The position numbers and the translations under genes are program-made. A model generated the notes under the pieces. The model saw only the letters and a list, made by a program, of their open reading frames with translations, made no database searches and was not told the DNA's origin. 64,000 nucleotides of DNA from Candidatus Faecousia faecigallinarum. Lineage in GTDB: Bacteria; Bacillota; Clostridia; Oscillospirales; Oscillospiraceae. The stretch spans positions 20,637 through 84,636 of the forward strand of contig DVHJ01000003.1 in NCBI GenBank assembly GCA_018712145.1. The letters run 5' to 3'. Of the stretch, positions 1 through 9,785 are shown in pieces (positions within the stretch are counted from its first letter, which is position 1; the number at the start of each line of letters is the position of its first letter).

Positions 1-1989
1 CTCCAAGGTTGTGGTGAAGGGCTGATCCTCCTCCTGGGCCCAGTGCACCGGCACCCAGCGGGCGGCTTGCCGGGGATCGCTGCGGTTTTTCGCGTTGGGG
101 CAGTCCGCCCGGTGCACCGACACGCCGAAGCCCTTGGTGATAAAGCCCACAATGGGATCCCCCGGCACCGGGGTACAGCACTTGGCGAATTTAATCATGC
201 AGGAATCGATGTCCTCCACAATTACGCCGTTGACGCTGTGGCGGTTTTTTCCCGCGTCCGGCCCATCCGGATTGGTCCGCAGGGGGTTGGCGTTTTCCTT
301 TCCCCGGGCAGTGGGATTCTGCACCCCCCGGGTGTATTTCACCAGTTCATCCCGAATCCGGCCAACCGCCTTCACCGCGGTAAGGCCACCATAACCAATG
401 GCGGCATACATATCGTCCAGGCAGTCGAAGCTGAGTTTTTTCAGCAGCACCGGCTGCAGCTCGCTGTCATTGACGATCGCCGGGTTAAAGTTGTTCCGCC
501 GCATCTCCCCTTCAAAGCTGGCCTTGCCGTGGACGATATTCTCGTCCCGCTTCTCCCGCTTGAACCACTGCTTGATTTTCGTCCTGGCCTGGTTGCTTTT
601 GCAGATGGCCAGCCAGTCCCGGCTGGGGCCCTTTGCCGTCTTGGCAGTGAGGATTTCCACAATGTCCCCGTTGTGGAGCACCGTATCGAAGTTGGCAATG
701 CGGTTATTGACCTTGGCCCCTACCATGGCGTTGCCCACCCCAGAGTGGATGGCATAGGCAAAGTCGATGGGCGTGGAGCCGGCAGGCAGGTTGATCACAT
801 TCCCCCTGGGGGTAAAGACGAAAACCTCGTCGTCAAACATGTCGATTTTCAGGGAGTGGACGTAGTCCTCGGCATCGGTGTCCTGCTGGCTCTCCAGCAG
901 GCGGCGCACCCACTCAAAGCTCTTTTCATCGCCGCTGCCCACGCCGCCCTGCTTATATTTCCAGTGGGCGGCAATGCCGTATTCGGCGGTTTGGTGCATT
1001 TCCCAGGTACGGATCTGCACCTCAAAGGGAATGCCCTGAGTGCCGATGACCGTGGTGTGGAGACTCTGATACATGTTTGGCTTGGGGGTGGAGATATAGT
1101 CCTTAAACCGGCCAGGCACCAGGTTAAATAGGTCGTGGATATGGCCCAAAACATTGTAGCAATCTGGGATGGTGTCCACAATCACCCGGAAGGCATATAG
1201 GTCATACAGCTCATCCATGGTTTTATTTTGATCTTTCATCTTCCGGTAAATGGAATATACATGCTTAATCCGCCCGTAGATGGAGCCGTGGATGCCCACG
1301 GAGGACAGCCTGGTGGTGATTTTGGACTGGATGCTTTTCATAAAGGCGTTTGCCTCTGTCTCGTGGGCATTTAAATAGTCCATAATCTCCTGGTAGCCCT
1401 GGGGATCCAGATATTTCAGGCTGGTATCTTCCAGCTCCCATTTGATTTTCTGCATGCCAAGGCGGTGGGCCAGGGGCGCATAAATATCCATGGTCTCCAT
1501 GGACTTGGAGATTTGCTTCGCCGGGGTTTGAAACTGCATTGTCCGGGTGTTGTGGAGCCGGTCGGCAATTTTAATGAGCACCACCCGGATATCCTTGCTC
1601 ATGGCCATGAACATTTTCCGCAGATTTTCCATCTGCTGTTCTTCCAGGGTAGAATACTCCACCCGGGTCAGTTTGGTAACCCCCTCTACCAGCTCCGCCA
1701 CCACCGGACCAAACAACTTGGCAATTTCATCATGGGTGGTAGAGGTATCTTCAATGCAGTCGTGGAGCAAAGCGCCCAGGATAGCATCGGTATCCAGCCC
1801 CATTTCCGCCACGATTTCCGCCACCGCCAGGGGATGGATAATGTAGGGAGAGCCGTCCTTTCGTTTTTGGCCTTCGTGCTGGGCCTGGGCATAGCGCACC
1901 GCCTTGTCGATGAGGGGCATGTCCGCGCCAGGCATGTATTTGAGGATGGTTCGGCGCATGGATTCATAGTGGTCGGCAAAGGTTTCCAT
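1..1989 (-). CDS. relA: RelA/SpoT family (p)ppGpp synthetase/hydrolase, 3' part beyond left window edge
   Basis: Manual translation from ATG at 1989 (METFADHYESMR...): HD-domain motifs KRKDGSPYIIHP, LLHDCIED, IKIADRLHNTRT; synthetase motifs GRIKHVYSIYRK, YDLYAFR, FKDYISTPKPNMYQSLHT; TGS domain VFVFTP. Missed by the ORF track because it runs off the edge. Confidence 0.95.
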   Translation of the reverse strand, partial: METFADHYESMRRTILKYMPGADMPLIDKAVRYAQAQHEGQKRKDGSPYIIHPLAVAEIVAEMGLDTDAILGALLHDCIEDTSTTHDEIAKLFGPVVAELVEGVTKLTRVEYSTLEEQQMENLRKMFMAMSKDIRVVLIKIADRLHNTRTMQFQTPAKQISKSMETMDIYAPLAHRLGMQKIKWELEDTSLKYLDPQGYQEIMDYLNAHETEANAFMKSIQSKITTRLSSVGIHGSIYGRIKHVYSIYRKMKDQNKTMDELYDLYAFRVIVDTIPDCYNVLGHIHDLFNLVPGRFKDYISTPKPNMYQSLHTTVIGTQGIPFEVQIRTWEMHQTAEYGIAAHWKYKQGGVGSGDEKSFEWVRRLLESQQDTDAEDYVHSLKIDMFDDEVFVFTPRGNVINLPAGSTPIDFAYAIHSGVGNAMVGAKVNNRIANFDTVLHNGDIVEILTAKTAKGPSRDWLAICKSNQARTKIKQWFKREKRDENIVHGKASFEGEMRRNNFNPAIVNDSELQPVLLKKLSFDCLDDMYAAIGYGGLTAVKAVGRIRDELVKYTRGVQNPTARGKENANPLRTNPDGPDAGKNRHSVNGVIVEDIDSCMIKFAKCCTPVPGDPIVGFITKGFGVSVHRADCPNAKNRSDPRQAARWVPVHWAQEEDQPFTTTLE

Positions 1990-1993
1990 AGAG

Positions 1994-4033
1994 TCAGCCC
2001 TCCTTCAACTGCTGCAGCAGGCGCATGGTGAAGCACTGGGTAAGATCCGCCTTCCCGCCGGATGCAGTCAGGGTAATGGTCAAATATTTTTGCTGCCGGA
2101 CAACCTCCATCAGGCCGGCCTCCCGAAAAATATCCAGACACGCCAGCAGCTGGGACAGGCCCAGGGGGCGGCCGGTGGCCCGAACGATTTTCCGGCACAG
2201 GCAGACGGGATCTACCTGGGCCTGGCCGGGATAAGCAGCCAGGTACCGCCAGATATCCGCCAACACCTGGCGGGTAGGCAGCAGGGCCGCCGCCTGCTCC
2301 CGGCTGAGGCTGCCGCTGCGCAAGCTGCGGTAACCGGCAAGGTCGGCATCACAGGGGCAGGGGCAGCTGGGGCGCAGATCCAGAACGGTCACCTGTACCG
2401 AGCGCTGGCCCCGGTAGTCGTTGATTTGCAGGGTACAGGCCAGGTCCACCACATCTCCCGGGGCAATGGACAGGGATTGGGCAGTGGCAGAAAAGCAAAT
2501 GGCGTTGACGGGATGCTGGCCCTGGTGCAACCGCAGGCGCAGATGCCGCCCACCACCGATGGGAATGATCCGGTCGATGGTCATGGCTTCCAGAAGGAAT
2601 ACCGGCCGGGGGCAACCGGATCCACAGGGCTCCAAGGCATCCAATGCCTGAACATTGGCAATGGTAAGCAGCTCTGGGGGAATAGCGCAGTCGATCTCCA
2701 GCGTAGCGCTGGGCAGGCCATCCCGGAAATATTCTGCTGCTTGCCGGCACACAGCCTGGCGGAATTGGCCGATATGCTGCCGGTCGATGGTAAAGCCGGC
2801 CGCCAGCTCGTGGCCGCCATAGGTATCCAGGAGGCCGGACAGTTCGGTCAGGGACTGAAACAGATTAAAGCCGCCATAGGAACGGGAGCTGGCTTTTCCC
2901 TTATCTCCGTCCAGGCAAATGAGAAAGGTCGGGCAGCAAAACTCCTCCGCCATCTTGGAGGCCACAATGCCCACCACGCCCTGATGCCAATCGGGACTGG
3001 CCAGGACAATGGCCTCCGGCGTTTTCCCCTGGGGCAGCATGGCCAAGGCTTGATGGTAAATCTCCGATTCCACCGCCTGGCGCTGCCGGTTCAGCTGGCA
3101 AAGCTGCTTGGCGGCCTGGGGCGCCAGACTGGCATCCAGCAGCAGCTCCACCGCCAGGTCAATCCGGCCCATGCGTCCGGCCGCATTAATCCGGGGGGCC
3201 AGGACAAAGCCCACCGTTATGGCGGTAAGGGTGGCCGGGTCGCAACCGGCTTCGTGCATCAGGCAGCGCAGGCCCGGCCGGGGGGATTCCCGCATTGCCG
3301 CCAGGCCCCGGGCAACGATGGTCCGGTTCTCCCCCAACAGGGGCATGACGTCGGCGACGGTACCCAGGCAGACCAGGTCCGCATAGCTGTTCAGTACCGC
3401 CTGCTGATCCCCGGCCAGGGCGGCGGCCAGTTTAAAGGCCACCCCAACGCCGGACAGATTCCGGTGGGGATACTTGTCCCCCGGCCGGTGGGGATCCACC
3501 ACCGCCACCGCATCCGGCAGGCTGGCTTTACATGCATGGTGATCGGTAATCACCAGATCCATGCCCAGCTCCCGGCAGAGTTTCGCCTCTGCTTCGGCGG
3601 TGATGCCACAGTCTACCGTGATCATCAGGCTCACGCCCTGTCCGGCCAGTTGCCGGATCGCGCCGGGGTTCAGGCCGTAGCCCTCCTCCAGACGGCTGGG
3701 TATATAATAGCGGCAATCCCCTCCCTGCTTCCGCAGAAAATCAGTAAGCAAGCAAGTGGCTGTAACGCCGTCTACGTCATAGTCGCCGAATACAACAATT
3801 TTTTCTCCGTTGTTCAAGGCCAGCCAGATCCGCTCCACTGCCGGAACCATATCCGTCAGCAGGAAAGGGTCTGGCAGCGGACAGTCTACCGCCAGGTAGG
3901 CCTGGGCCTGTTGTGGTGTGTCTATCCCCCGAGCGGCCAGCACCATGGCAGTCAGCGGAGGGTAGGCCCCTAGCGCGCTGACGGCCTGGGCCGGCAGCTG
4001 CGCAACGTGCCAAATTCCATACTTCACGGGCAT
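1994..4033 (-). CDS. recJ: Single-stranded-DNA-specific exonuclease RecJ
   Basis: DHH-family motifs GDYDVDG, ITVDCG, ITDHH, PRINAAGR, GGHELAAG. Start taken at ATG 4033 or GTG 4027, not 4144. Confidence 0.95.
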   Translation of the reverse strand: MPVKYGIWHVAQLPAQAVSALGAYPPLTAMVLAARGIDTPQQAQAYLAVDCPLPDPFLLTDMVPAVERIWLALNNGEKIVVFGDYDVDGVTATCLLTDFLRKQGGDCRYYIPSRLEEGYGLNPGAIRQLAGQGVSLMITVDCGITAEAEAKLCRELGMDLVITDHHACKASLPDAVAVVDPHRPGDKYPHRNLSGVGVAFKLAAALAGDQQAVLNSYADLVCLGTVADVMPLLGENRTIVARGLAAMRESPRPGLRCLMHEAGCDPATLTAITVGFVLAPRINAAGRMGRIDLAVELLLDASLAPQAAKQLCQLNRQRQAVESEIYHQALAMLPQGKTPEAIVLASPDWHQGVVGIVASKMAEEFCCPTFLICLDGDKGKASSRSYGGFNLFQSLTELSGLLDTYGGHELAAGFTIDRQHIGQFRQAVCRQAAEYFRDGLPSATLEIDCAIPPELLTIANVQALDALEPCGSGCPRPVFLLEAMTIDRIIPIGGGRHLRLRLHQGQHPVNAICFSATAQSLSIAPGDVVDLACTLQINDYRGQRSVQVTVLDLRPSCPCPCDADLAGYRSLRSGSLSREQAAALLPTRQVLADIWRYLAAYPGQAQVDPVCLCRKIVRATGRPLGLSQLLACLDIFREAGLMEVVRQQKYLTITLTASGGKADLTQCFTMRLLQQLKEG

Positions 4034-4101
4034 ACACATCCAATAAAATTTTTCATTTCTGCTTATTATAGCAAAAATTCCCCGGCAGCACAATAGACAA
4101 T

Positions 4102-4144
4102 ATGTCCTTTCGGGAAATTGCTTGGCAACATCCCAAAAGGACAT
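4102..4144. terminator. Stem-loop between htrA and recJ (terminator or stabiliser)
   Basis: ATGTCCTTTCGGGA ... TCCCAAAAGGACAT, 13 of 14 complementary; no clear U-tract. Confidence 0.45.
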
Positions 4145-4165
4145 AGTTCCGGGCTCAGCGGCACG

Positions 4166-5416
4166 CTACCTGGCTTCTACCAAGGTGATGGTGCCGGTCA
4201 GTTGTTCTTTCTGACTGCTTCGATACAGAATAATGGTGATTTCATCTCCCGGCGCATAGCCGTCTAAGATCTGGCTCAAATCCTCCAGGCACATCACCCG
4301 TTGGTCTTCCACAGAAAGAATCACATCACCAGGCAACACGCCTTTGCGGTCGGCAGAGGTTCCTGCATCCACGTTGGTGACACACAGTCCCGCTGGCAGG
4401 CCATACAGCGATTGGGCCAGTTCATCCAGCTCCATCAGGGTCAAGCCCAGATCCGGCCGGCCGGGGACATAGCCCAGCTTCACCAGCTGATCCACCACCT
4501 CTTTCACGGTATTGATCGACAGGGCAAACCGCAAACCGTCGCTGGAGGTAGTAACATAATGCTGCCCCACCTGGGCGACATTGATGCCCACCACCTGACC
4601 GTAGCCGTTAATCACAGGGCCGCCGGAATTCCCGCTGCCCAAGGCCACAGTGGTTTGCAGCAATGTTAGTTCTGTTCCCTGAATGCGCAAGTCCTGGCTG
4701 ACCGAAGAGATAATGCCGTCGGTCAATGCGCTTTGCAGTTCTGGGGAAGAAGCGTAGCCGATGGCAAACACCGTATCCCCAGCCTGGAGTTTTTCGGAGT
4801 CGCCAAACTCCGCTGCCGGCAGGGTGTCGGCTGCGATATACAGCACAGCCAAGTCACTCACCTCGTCCCGGCCCACTACCCGGCCGGGATACTCGCTACC
4901 ATCGGACAAGGTGACCACCACATCGGTGGCCTGATCGATGATCTGAAAGCTGGTGATGATATAGCCAGAATCGGACATGATCACGCCGGAGCCGTAAATT
5001 TCCCCAGCGGAGGTGCTGGCGCAGACGGAAACCACGGAAGGACTCACTTTTTGATAAATTTCCTGCAAAGACAAGCCGCTCTCCAGGGGCGTGTTATCCG
5101 ACAATTCCGGTGACTGAGAAATCACCAGCTCGGCCTCGCTGAGGGTTTCCGGTACGATAGATTGGGTGGCGGCGCTGGCCTCATCCACCACCGGCAGCGA
5201 GACCGAGGGCAGGGATGGCCCTGTTACTTCCCCGCTGAAGCGGCTTACCCGCACGGCCACCAGCGTACCGCAGACGATGCAAAACAGCAATACCGCCGTA
5301 ACCAAACCGCCATGCCGCTTCGGCGGGCGGATGCTGCCCGTCTCATAGTAGCCCTCAGGTTCGGATGACACAGCGGTATATTCCGGATCTAGGGGATTTT
5401 GGTTATCATGGAACAT
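4166..5416 (-). CDS. htrA: HtrA/DegP-family membrane-anchored serine protease with one PDZ domain
   Basis: N-terminal TM helix; trypsin motifs GSGVIMS..GYIIT, SDLAVL, GNSGGPVIN..GQVVGIN; C-terminal PDZ (GVLPGDVILSV). The catalytic His position reads TSFQ rather than TNxH. Confidence 0.85.
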   Translation of the reverse strand: MFHDNQNPLDPEYTAVSSEPEGYYETGSIRPPKRHGGLVTAVLLFCIVCGTLVAVRVSRFSGEVTGPSLPSVSLPVVDEASAATQSIVPETLSEAELVISQSPELSDNTPLESGLSLQEIYQKVSPSVVSVCASTSAGEIYGSGVIMSDSGYIITSFQIIDQATDVVVTLSDGSEYPGRVVGRDEVSDLAVLYIAADTLPAAEFGDSEKLQAGDTVFAIGYASSPELQSALTDGIISSVSQDLRIQGTELTLLQTTVALGSGNSGGPVINGYGQVVGINVAQVGQHYVTTSSDGLRFALSINTVKEVVDQLVKLGYVPGRPDLGLTLMELDELAQSLYGLPAGLCVTNVDAGTSADRKGVLPGDVILSVEDQRVMCLEDLSQILDGYAPGDEITIILYRSSQKEQLTGTITLVEAR

Positions 5417-5451
5417 ATTTCTCGCCTCGCTGCTGTGGGGAATGGAAGAGC

Positions 5452-6894
5452 TTACAAACTGTTGACTTTTGTCAAAGTAAACGTGAACTGGGTTTTGCCG
5501 TCCCGGCTGGTGACGGAGATATCCTCGCCGTGGCTACCGATGATGGTTTTTACAATATACAGGCCCAAGCCCCAGCTGTCCCGGTTCAGGCTCCGGCTCT
5601 TGTCAATCTTGTGGAACCGGTCGAACACCAGGGGCAGCTCCTCCGGCGGGATGGTTTGGCCGGTGTTGGCCACGGAGACGTACACCTTTTGCCCAGACTC
5701 CTGCAAAGCCAGGGACAACTGGCCGCCCTGGGGCGCAAACTTCACCGCGTTATCGATCAGGTTGTAGACTACCTGCGTGATGGCGTCCAGCTCCCCCCGG
5801 GCATAAACCGGGTATTCCGGGAAATTGACCTCCACCTCCAGGCCCTTGTCGTTGATCTTCTGCTCAAAGGTGATCAGCACCTGGCCCAGGCACTCGGCCA
5901 CATCGAACCGGCCCATTTTCTCCAGTGGAATACCCCCTTGATCCTGCAGCCTGGAGACATCCAGCATACTGCGCACCAGCCGGCTCAGCCGCTTGACCTC
6001 ATCAGATACCAACGCCAAATATTTCCGCTGGGACTCTGGTGGTATGGTGCCATCCAGAATGCCGTCTACATAGCCGCCAATGGTAGTCATCGGTGTCTTT
6101 AGCTCATGGCTGACGTTGGCCACAAACTCCTGGCGTTGGTACTCGCTTTTTTCCAGAGAGGAAGCCATGTTATTGAAGGCTACCGCCAGCTCGTCAATCT
6201 CCACGGTATTGTCCCCGCCGGTGTTTACCCTGGCGGTGAGATTGCCGTGGCCGAACTCCCGGGCGGCGTTGGCCATGTCCCGCAGGGGGCGGCACTGCCC
6301 CTGGGTGAAAATGGAAATGGTAACAAAGGTAAGCATGACCACGATAACGGCCACAAAAATAAACATCTGGGTAATCTGGGTCAACAGTTCCCCAACCCCC
6401 TGCACCGGTTCCGAAACGACCACCAAGCCAATGATGGTGCCGTCAGACTGGGTGCAGGGTTGGGCGGCAATATACCGCTTCTCGTTATAAATGCCGGTGA
6501 GTACGCCGGAGGTAAACTGCTGCCCCTGCAGGGCTTGCTGCACAAAGCTGCTGTCCAGCTGTAGTCCGATGTGGGCGCAAACCAGCTCCGGGCAGGAGCA
6601 GAACATCACCTGGCCGTCGGTGGTACAGACCAGAGCGTCGCTGCCGGACACCTGAGCGGCAAAGGACAGGTTCATGTGAAAGGCCATTGCGGCGCTACTG
6701 TAGCCGTCGCTATATAGGCCGGTATACGTTGCTGCCAGTTCCGATACCACCTGGGCGTTGGCCAGTAGTGCCGTTTCCCGCTCCCCGGCCAGGTAATTGC
6801 TTACCATTGCCCGGAAAGACAGGCCTAGACCAACTACTGCCACCACAATAATCACTGCGGTGACTGAAAACAGGCGGCTGAACATGGACTTCAC
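5452..6894 (-). CDS. HAMP-domain sensor histidine kinase
   Basis: Two TM helices, HAMP, H-box VSHELKTPMT, N-box NLIDNAVKF, G-boxes FDRFHK and GLGL. Confidence 0.95.
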   Translation of the reverse strand: MKSMFSRLFSVTAVIIVVAVVGLGLSFRAMVSNYLAGERETALLANAQVVSELAATYTGLYSDGYSSAAMAFHMNLSFAAQVSGSDALVCTTDGQVMFCSCPELVCAHIGLQLDSSFVQQALQGQQFTSGVLTGIYNEKRYIAAQPCTQSDGTIIGLVVVSEPVQGVGELLTQITQMFIFVAVIVVMLTFVTISIFTQGQCRPLRDMANAAREFGHGNLTARVNTGGDNTVEIDELAVAFNNMASSLEKSEYQRQEFVANVSHELKTPMTTIGGYVDGILDGTIPPESQRKYLALVSDEVKRLSRLVRSMLDVSRLQDQGGIPLEKMGRFDVAECLGQVLITFEQKINDKGLEVEVNFPEYPVYARGELDAITQVVYNLIDNAVKFAPQGGQLSLALQESGQKVYVSVANTGQTIPPEELPLVFDRFHKIDKSRSLNRDSWGLGLYIVKTIIGSHGEDISVTSRDGKTQFTFTLTKVNSL

Positions 6895-7580
6895 TGGTTG
6901 ACCACCTCGAATTTATACCCCACGCCCCACACGGTTTTCAGGCTCCACTGAGGAGACACGCCTTCCAGCTTTTCCCGCAGCCGCTTGATGTGCACATCCA
7001 CCGTCCGAGAGTCGCCAAAATAGTCGAAGCCCCACACCTCATCCAGGAGCTGATTGCGGGTGTATACCCGGTTTGGGGAAGAAGCCAGGTGGAACAGCAG
7101 TTCCATTTCCTTGGGGGGCGTATCCACCTTCCGGCCATCCACGGTCAACTCAAAGGCGTCCATATCAATCACCAACCGGTCAAATACCAGTTTGTTCGCC
7201 TTCTTTTCCATGGCGCTGCCGGAGCGGCGGAGCACCGCTTCAATCCGGGCCAACACCTCTTTCATCTCAAAGGGTTTGGTAATATAGTCATCCGCACCGC
7301 CTTTCAGGCCGGCCACCTTGTCGCTGGTCTCGCCTTTGGCGGTGAGCATAATAATGGGAATTTGGCTCTCTGCCCGGATGGTCCGGCACACTGCCCAGCC
7401 GTCCATCACCGGCAGCATCAGATCCAATAGCACCAGATCCGGCTTGATGGAACGGAACTTGGAGACGCCCTGGCCGCCGTCCGCCGCTAGGGCGACGGCA
7501 AAGCCCTCCTTTTCCAAGTACATCTGCAACAGTTCGGCAATGTTCTTATCATCTTCTACAATCAAAACGGTAACTGCCAT
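6891..7580 (-). CDS. OmpR/PhoB-family response regulator
   Basis: From ATG 7580: VLIVEDD, LLDLMLP, LTAK, GADDYITKPF, winged-helix RTVDVHIKRLREKL; SD GGAG upstream. Confidence 0.95.
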   Translation of the reverse strand: MAVTVLIVEDDKNIAELLQMYLEKEGFAVALAADGGQGVSKFRSIKPDLVLLDLMLPVMDGWAVCRTIRAESQIPIIMLTAKGETSDKVAGLKGGADDYITKPFEMKEVLARIEAVLRRSGSAMEKKANKLVFDRLVIDMDAFELTVDGRKVDTPPKEMELLFHLASSPNRVYTRNQLLDEVWGFDYFGDSRTVDVHIKRLREKLEGVSPQWSLKTVWGVGYKFEVVNQ

Positions 7581-7616
7581 ATCCGGCCACCTTCTCCTAT
7601 CTCTATTTTGCCTATT

Positions 7617-7658
7617 ATTATATCGCTTTTTTCCCGCACAGGGTGAACATTTTGTTAA
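7617..7658 (-). promoter_or_regulatory. Promoter of RR-HK-htrA operon: perfect -10 plus OmpR-like direct repeat instead of a consensus -35
   Basis: Minus strand TTAAC-N6-TTCAC (7658-7643), then 20 nt, then TATAAT (7622-7617). Confidence 0.5.
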
Positions 7659-7693
7659 GACTTCGCGGGGGATTTGTGAACAGCCGGAGCCGG

Positions 7694-8824
7694 TCAGCCG
7701 CAGATCCCCTCCACCGTCACATCTTCCAGGCGCAGCTTGACACCCCGGCTGGTGTGCAGCGCCCCTTCCGCCGGCAACCCATCCCGCCAGCTGACCGAGA
7801 CATTGCGCAAGGTCACGGCAATGGGATATTCCGGCTGGGTGGTAATGTGGGCCGGGCCGGACAGGCCTTGGATGGTCACATTTTCCAGGGTAAGATCCCG
7901 CAGGGGACGGGCATCGTGATTCCAGTCTCCCCCAAAGTTGTAATACATCAGCCGGTCTATGCCCGAGAACGTGCAGTTGCGCACCACCCAATTTTCGCTG
8001 TCAAACCGGCAAGTGTCATAGGCAAAGGCATAGTAGGCGAAGGCAAACAGGGTATTGTACCGGCCGGAGCTGCGGTGGGGGTATTCCGCCGGCCCCCAGA
8101 GCCGGCAGTCTTCCACCAGCAAGTTCCGGCCCCCCAGGCGGAAGCTGTTGCAGGCGGTGTTCAGGCTGCAATTGCGCACCACAATATTTTCCGCATCGTA
8201 GCCGGCAATGCAGTCATCACCGGTGCGGAAATCGCAGTTTTCGATGCGCACCCCCACGCAATGATGGATGTTTATCCCGTCGTGGCCCCCCAGTACCGTA
8301 ACGCCGTCCATATGGACATTGACGCAGGAATCCAGCTGGTGGCACCAGTTGGCGGACCGCTTATACGTGTAGCCCCGGAGAGTTACCCCCCGGCACCGGC
8401 AGAACACCATGCCCATGGGCCCCCGGAAGTGTTCCTCCCCATTGGGGTCATAGCAGTCTGACCCGTCAATCCACGCGCCGGGTTCGCCGGTCACCGCCAC
8501 ATTTTCCGCGTCGACGGCGGTGATGGGGGCGTTGACGTAGTGGTCCGGCAAATGCCATTCCCGGCGCAGGAAAGGACTGCGGAGGTACCCCAGGGTGGTG
8601 GGCACGTGAAAATCCGTATAGTCCTGCCACCGGTCGCTGGCGATTAAATGGGTTCCGGCGGACAGGTGCAAAGTGGTGTTGTCATACAGCCGCAGGCTGG
8701 CGATGTGCCAATCCCCCGGAGCCAGGCGGACGGTGCCGCCGGAACCCCGGCATTGGTTCAGCGCTGCCTGAATGTACTCGGTGTGGGCCGGTTGCGCCAG
8801 ATGGGGCAGATCAATGGTTTGCAT
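7694..8824 (-). CDS. Glycoside hydrolase family 28-like (pectin-lyase fold) protein, no signal peptide
   Basis: From ATG 8824 (SD AGGAGG): IQAALNQC..GGTVRLAPG, LHLSAG, HDGINI, TGDDCIA beta-helix motifs. Confidence 0.75.
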   Translation of the reverse strand: MQTIDLPHLAQPAHTEYIQAALNQCRGSGGTVRLAPGDWHIASLRLYDNTTLHLSAGTHLIASDRWQDYTDFHVPTTLGYLRSPFLRREWHLPDHYVNAPITAVDAENVAVTGEPGAWIDGSDCYDPNGEEHFRGPMGMVFCRCRGVTLRGYTYKRSANWCHQLDSCVNVHMDGVTVLGGHDGINIHHCVGVRIENCDFRTGDDCIAGYDAENIVVRNCSLNTACNSFRLGGRNLLVEDCRLWGPAEYPHRSSGRYNTLFAFAYYAFAYDTCRFDSENWVVRNCTFSGIDRLMYYNFGGDWNHDARPLRDLTLENVTIQGLSGPAHITTQPEYPIAVTLRNVSVSWRDGLPAEGALHTSRGVKLRLEDVTVEGICG

Positions 8825-8872
8825 AGGGTAGCCTCCTGTCGTTTTGCCGCCAGGCGGCGGCAGAATATGCCC

Positions 8873-8901
8873 ACTATAGCGCATTGCCGCCGGGTTTGCA
8901 A
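8873..8901 (-). promoter_or_regulatory. Sigma70-type promoter of GH28 gene
   Basis: TTGCAA-17-TATAGT on minus strand. Confidence 0.55.
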
Positions 8902-8993
8902 CCGGCTTTCTCCCTGCGCCGTCAGCACCGGCACGCCGCTCCCCTGCAGGGGAAGAAAAATCCTGCCCGGCGGCGGTTTTTCCCATTTTTTGC

Positions 8994-9021
8994 TTGACTT
9001 TCAGAATCCCACTGGTATAAT
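8994..9021 (+). promoter_or_regulatory. Sigma70-type promoter of fab/acc operon
   Basis: TTGACT-16-TATAAT with TGn extension. Confidence 0.7.
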
Positions 9022-9099
9022 TACTTCAAGATTTTTAATTAAATGTGTCTTTTAGTTAAAATCTCCAAAAGAAAAAATACTAAGAAAGAAGGAACCGTT

Positions 9100-9324
9100 A
9101 TGTTTGAACAAGTGCGGGATATTATTGTAGAAACCCTGAGCTGTGAGCCGGAGAAGGTTACCCTGGAGGCCAGCCTGGCCGACGATCTGGACGCCGACAG
9201 CCTGGACGCGGTGGAGCTGAACCTGGCCCTGGAAGAGGCGCTGGGGGTATCCGTCCCCGATGAGGAAATGGCCAATGTGAAGACGGTAGGCGACATTGTA
9301 CGCTACCTGGAGGCCAATGCCTGA
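9100..9324 (+). CDS. acpP: Acyl carrier protein
   Basis: MFEQVRDII..., DLDADSLDAVEL phosphopantetheine motif. Confidence 0.95.
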   Translation: MFEQVRDIIVETLSCEPEKVTLEASLADDLDADSLDAVELNLALEEALGVSVPDEEMANVKTVGDIVRYLEANA

Positions 9325-9346
9325 GCCGGTAAAGGAGGTGGGCGCA

Positions 9347-9781
9347 ATGAACCATGAGACGCTGATTGCCATTATGGGGGCGTTTGACGGCAGCGCCCTG
9401 ACCCGGCTGGAGTATACCCAGGGGGACACCCGGATTCTGCTGGAGAAGGCGGCGGTTTCCCTCCCCGTCCCGCCGGCCGTCACCGCCGCCCCGGCTGCGC
9501 CTACCGCCCCGGCCCCAGAGCCGGTGCAGGAAAAGCCGGCGGAAGAGCAGCTCACCGCGCCGCTGGTGGGCACATTTTATGTTGCGCCGGAACCTGGAGC
9601 GCCGGCCTTTGTCCGTCCCGGGGATCAGGTGAAGAAAGGCCAAACGGTGTGCATCATCGAAGCCATGAAAATGATCAACGAAGTCCCGGCTCCCTACGAC
9701 TGCGTGATTGAGCGCTGCCTGGCGGAAGACGGCGCCTTGGTGGGCTATGGGGACGGGCTGTTTACCGTCCGGAAGAAGTGA
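9347..9781 (+). CDS. accB: Acetyl-CoA carboxylase biotin carboxyl carrier protein
   Basis: SD AAGGAGG; APLVGTFY, IIEAMKMINE biotinylation motif. Confidence 0.95.
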   Translation: MNHETLIAIMGAFDGSALTRLEYTQGDTRILLEKAAVSLPVPPAVTAAPAAPTAPAPEPVQEKPAEEQLTAPLVGTFYVAPEPGAPAFVRPGDQVKKGQTVCIIEAMKMINEVPAPYDCVIERCLAEDGALVGYGDGLFTVRKK

Positions 9782-9785
9782 AGCT

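Noticed and set aside
1994-4144. Extended upstream starts in the ORF track for recJ, RR (7991), GH28 (8986), acpP, accC, purC, purF2, murD, adaptor A (58209)
   Set aside because: Extensions run through promoters, terminators or neighbouring genes; downstream starts have SD sites and match where homology begins.
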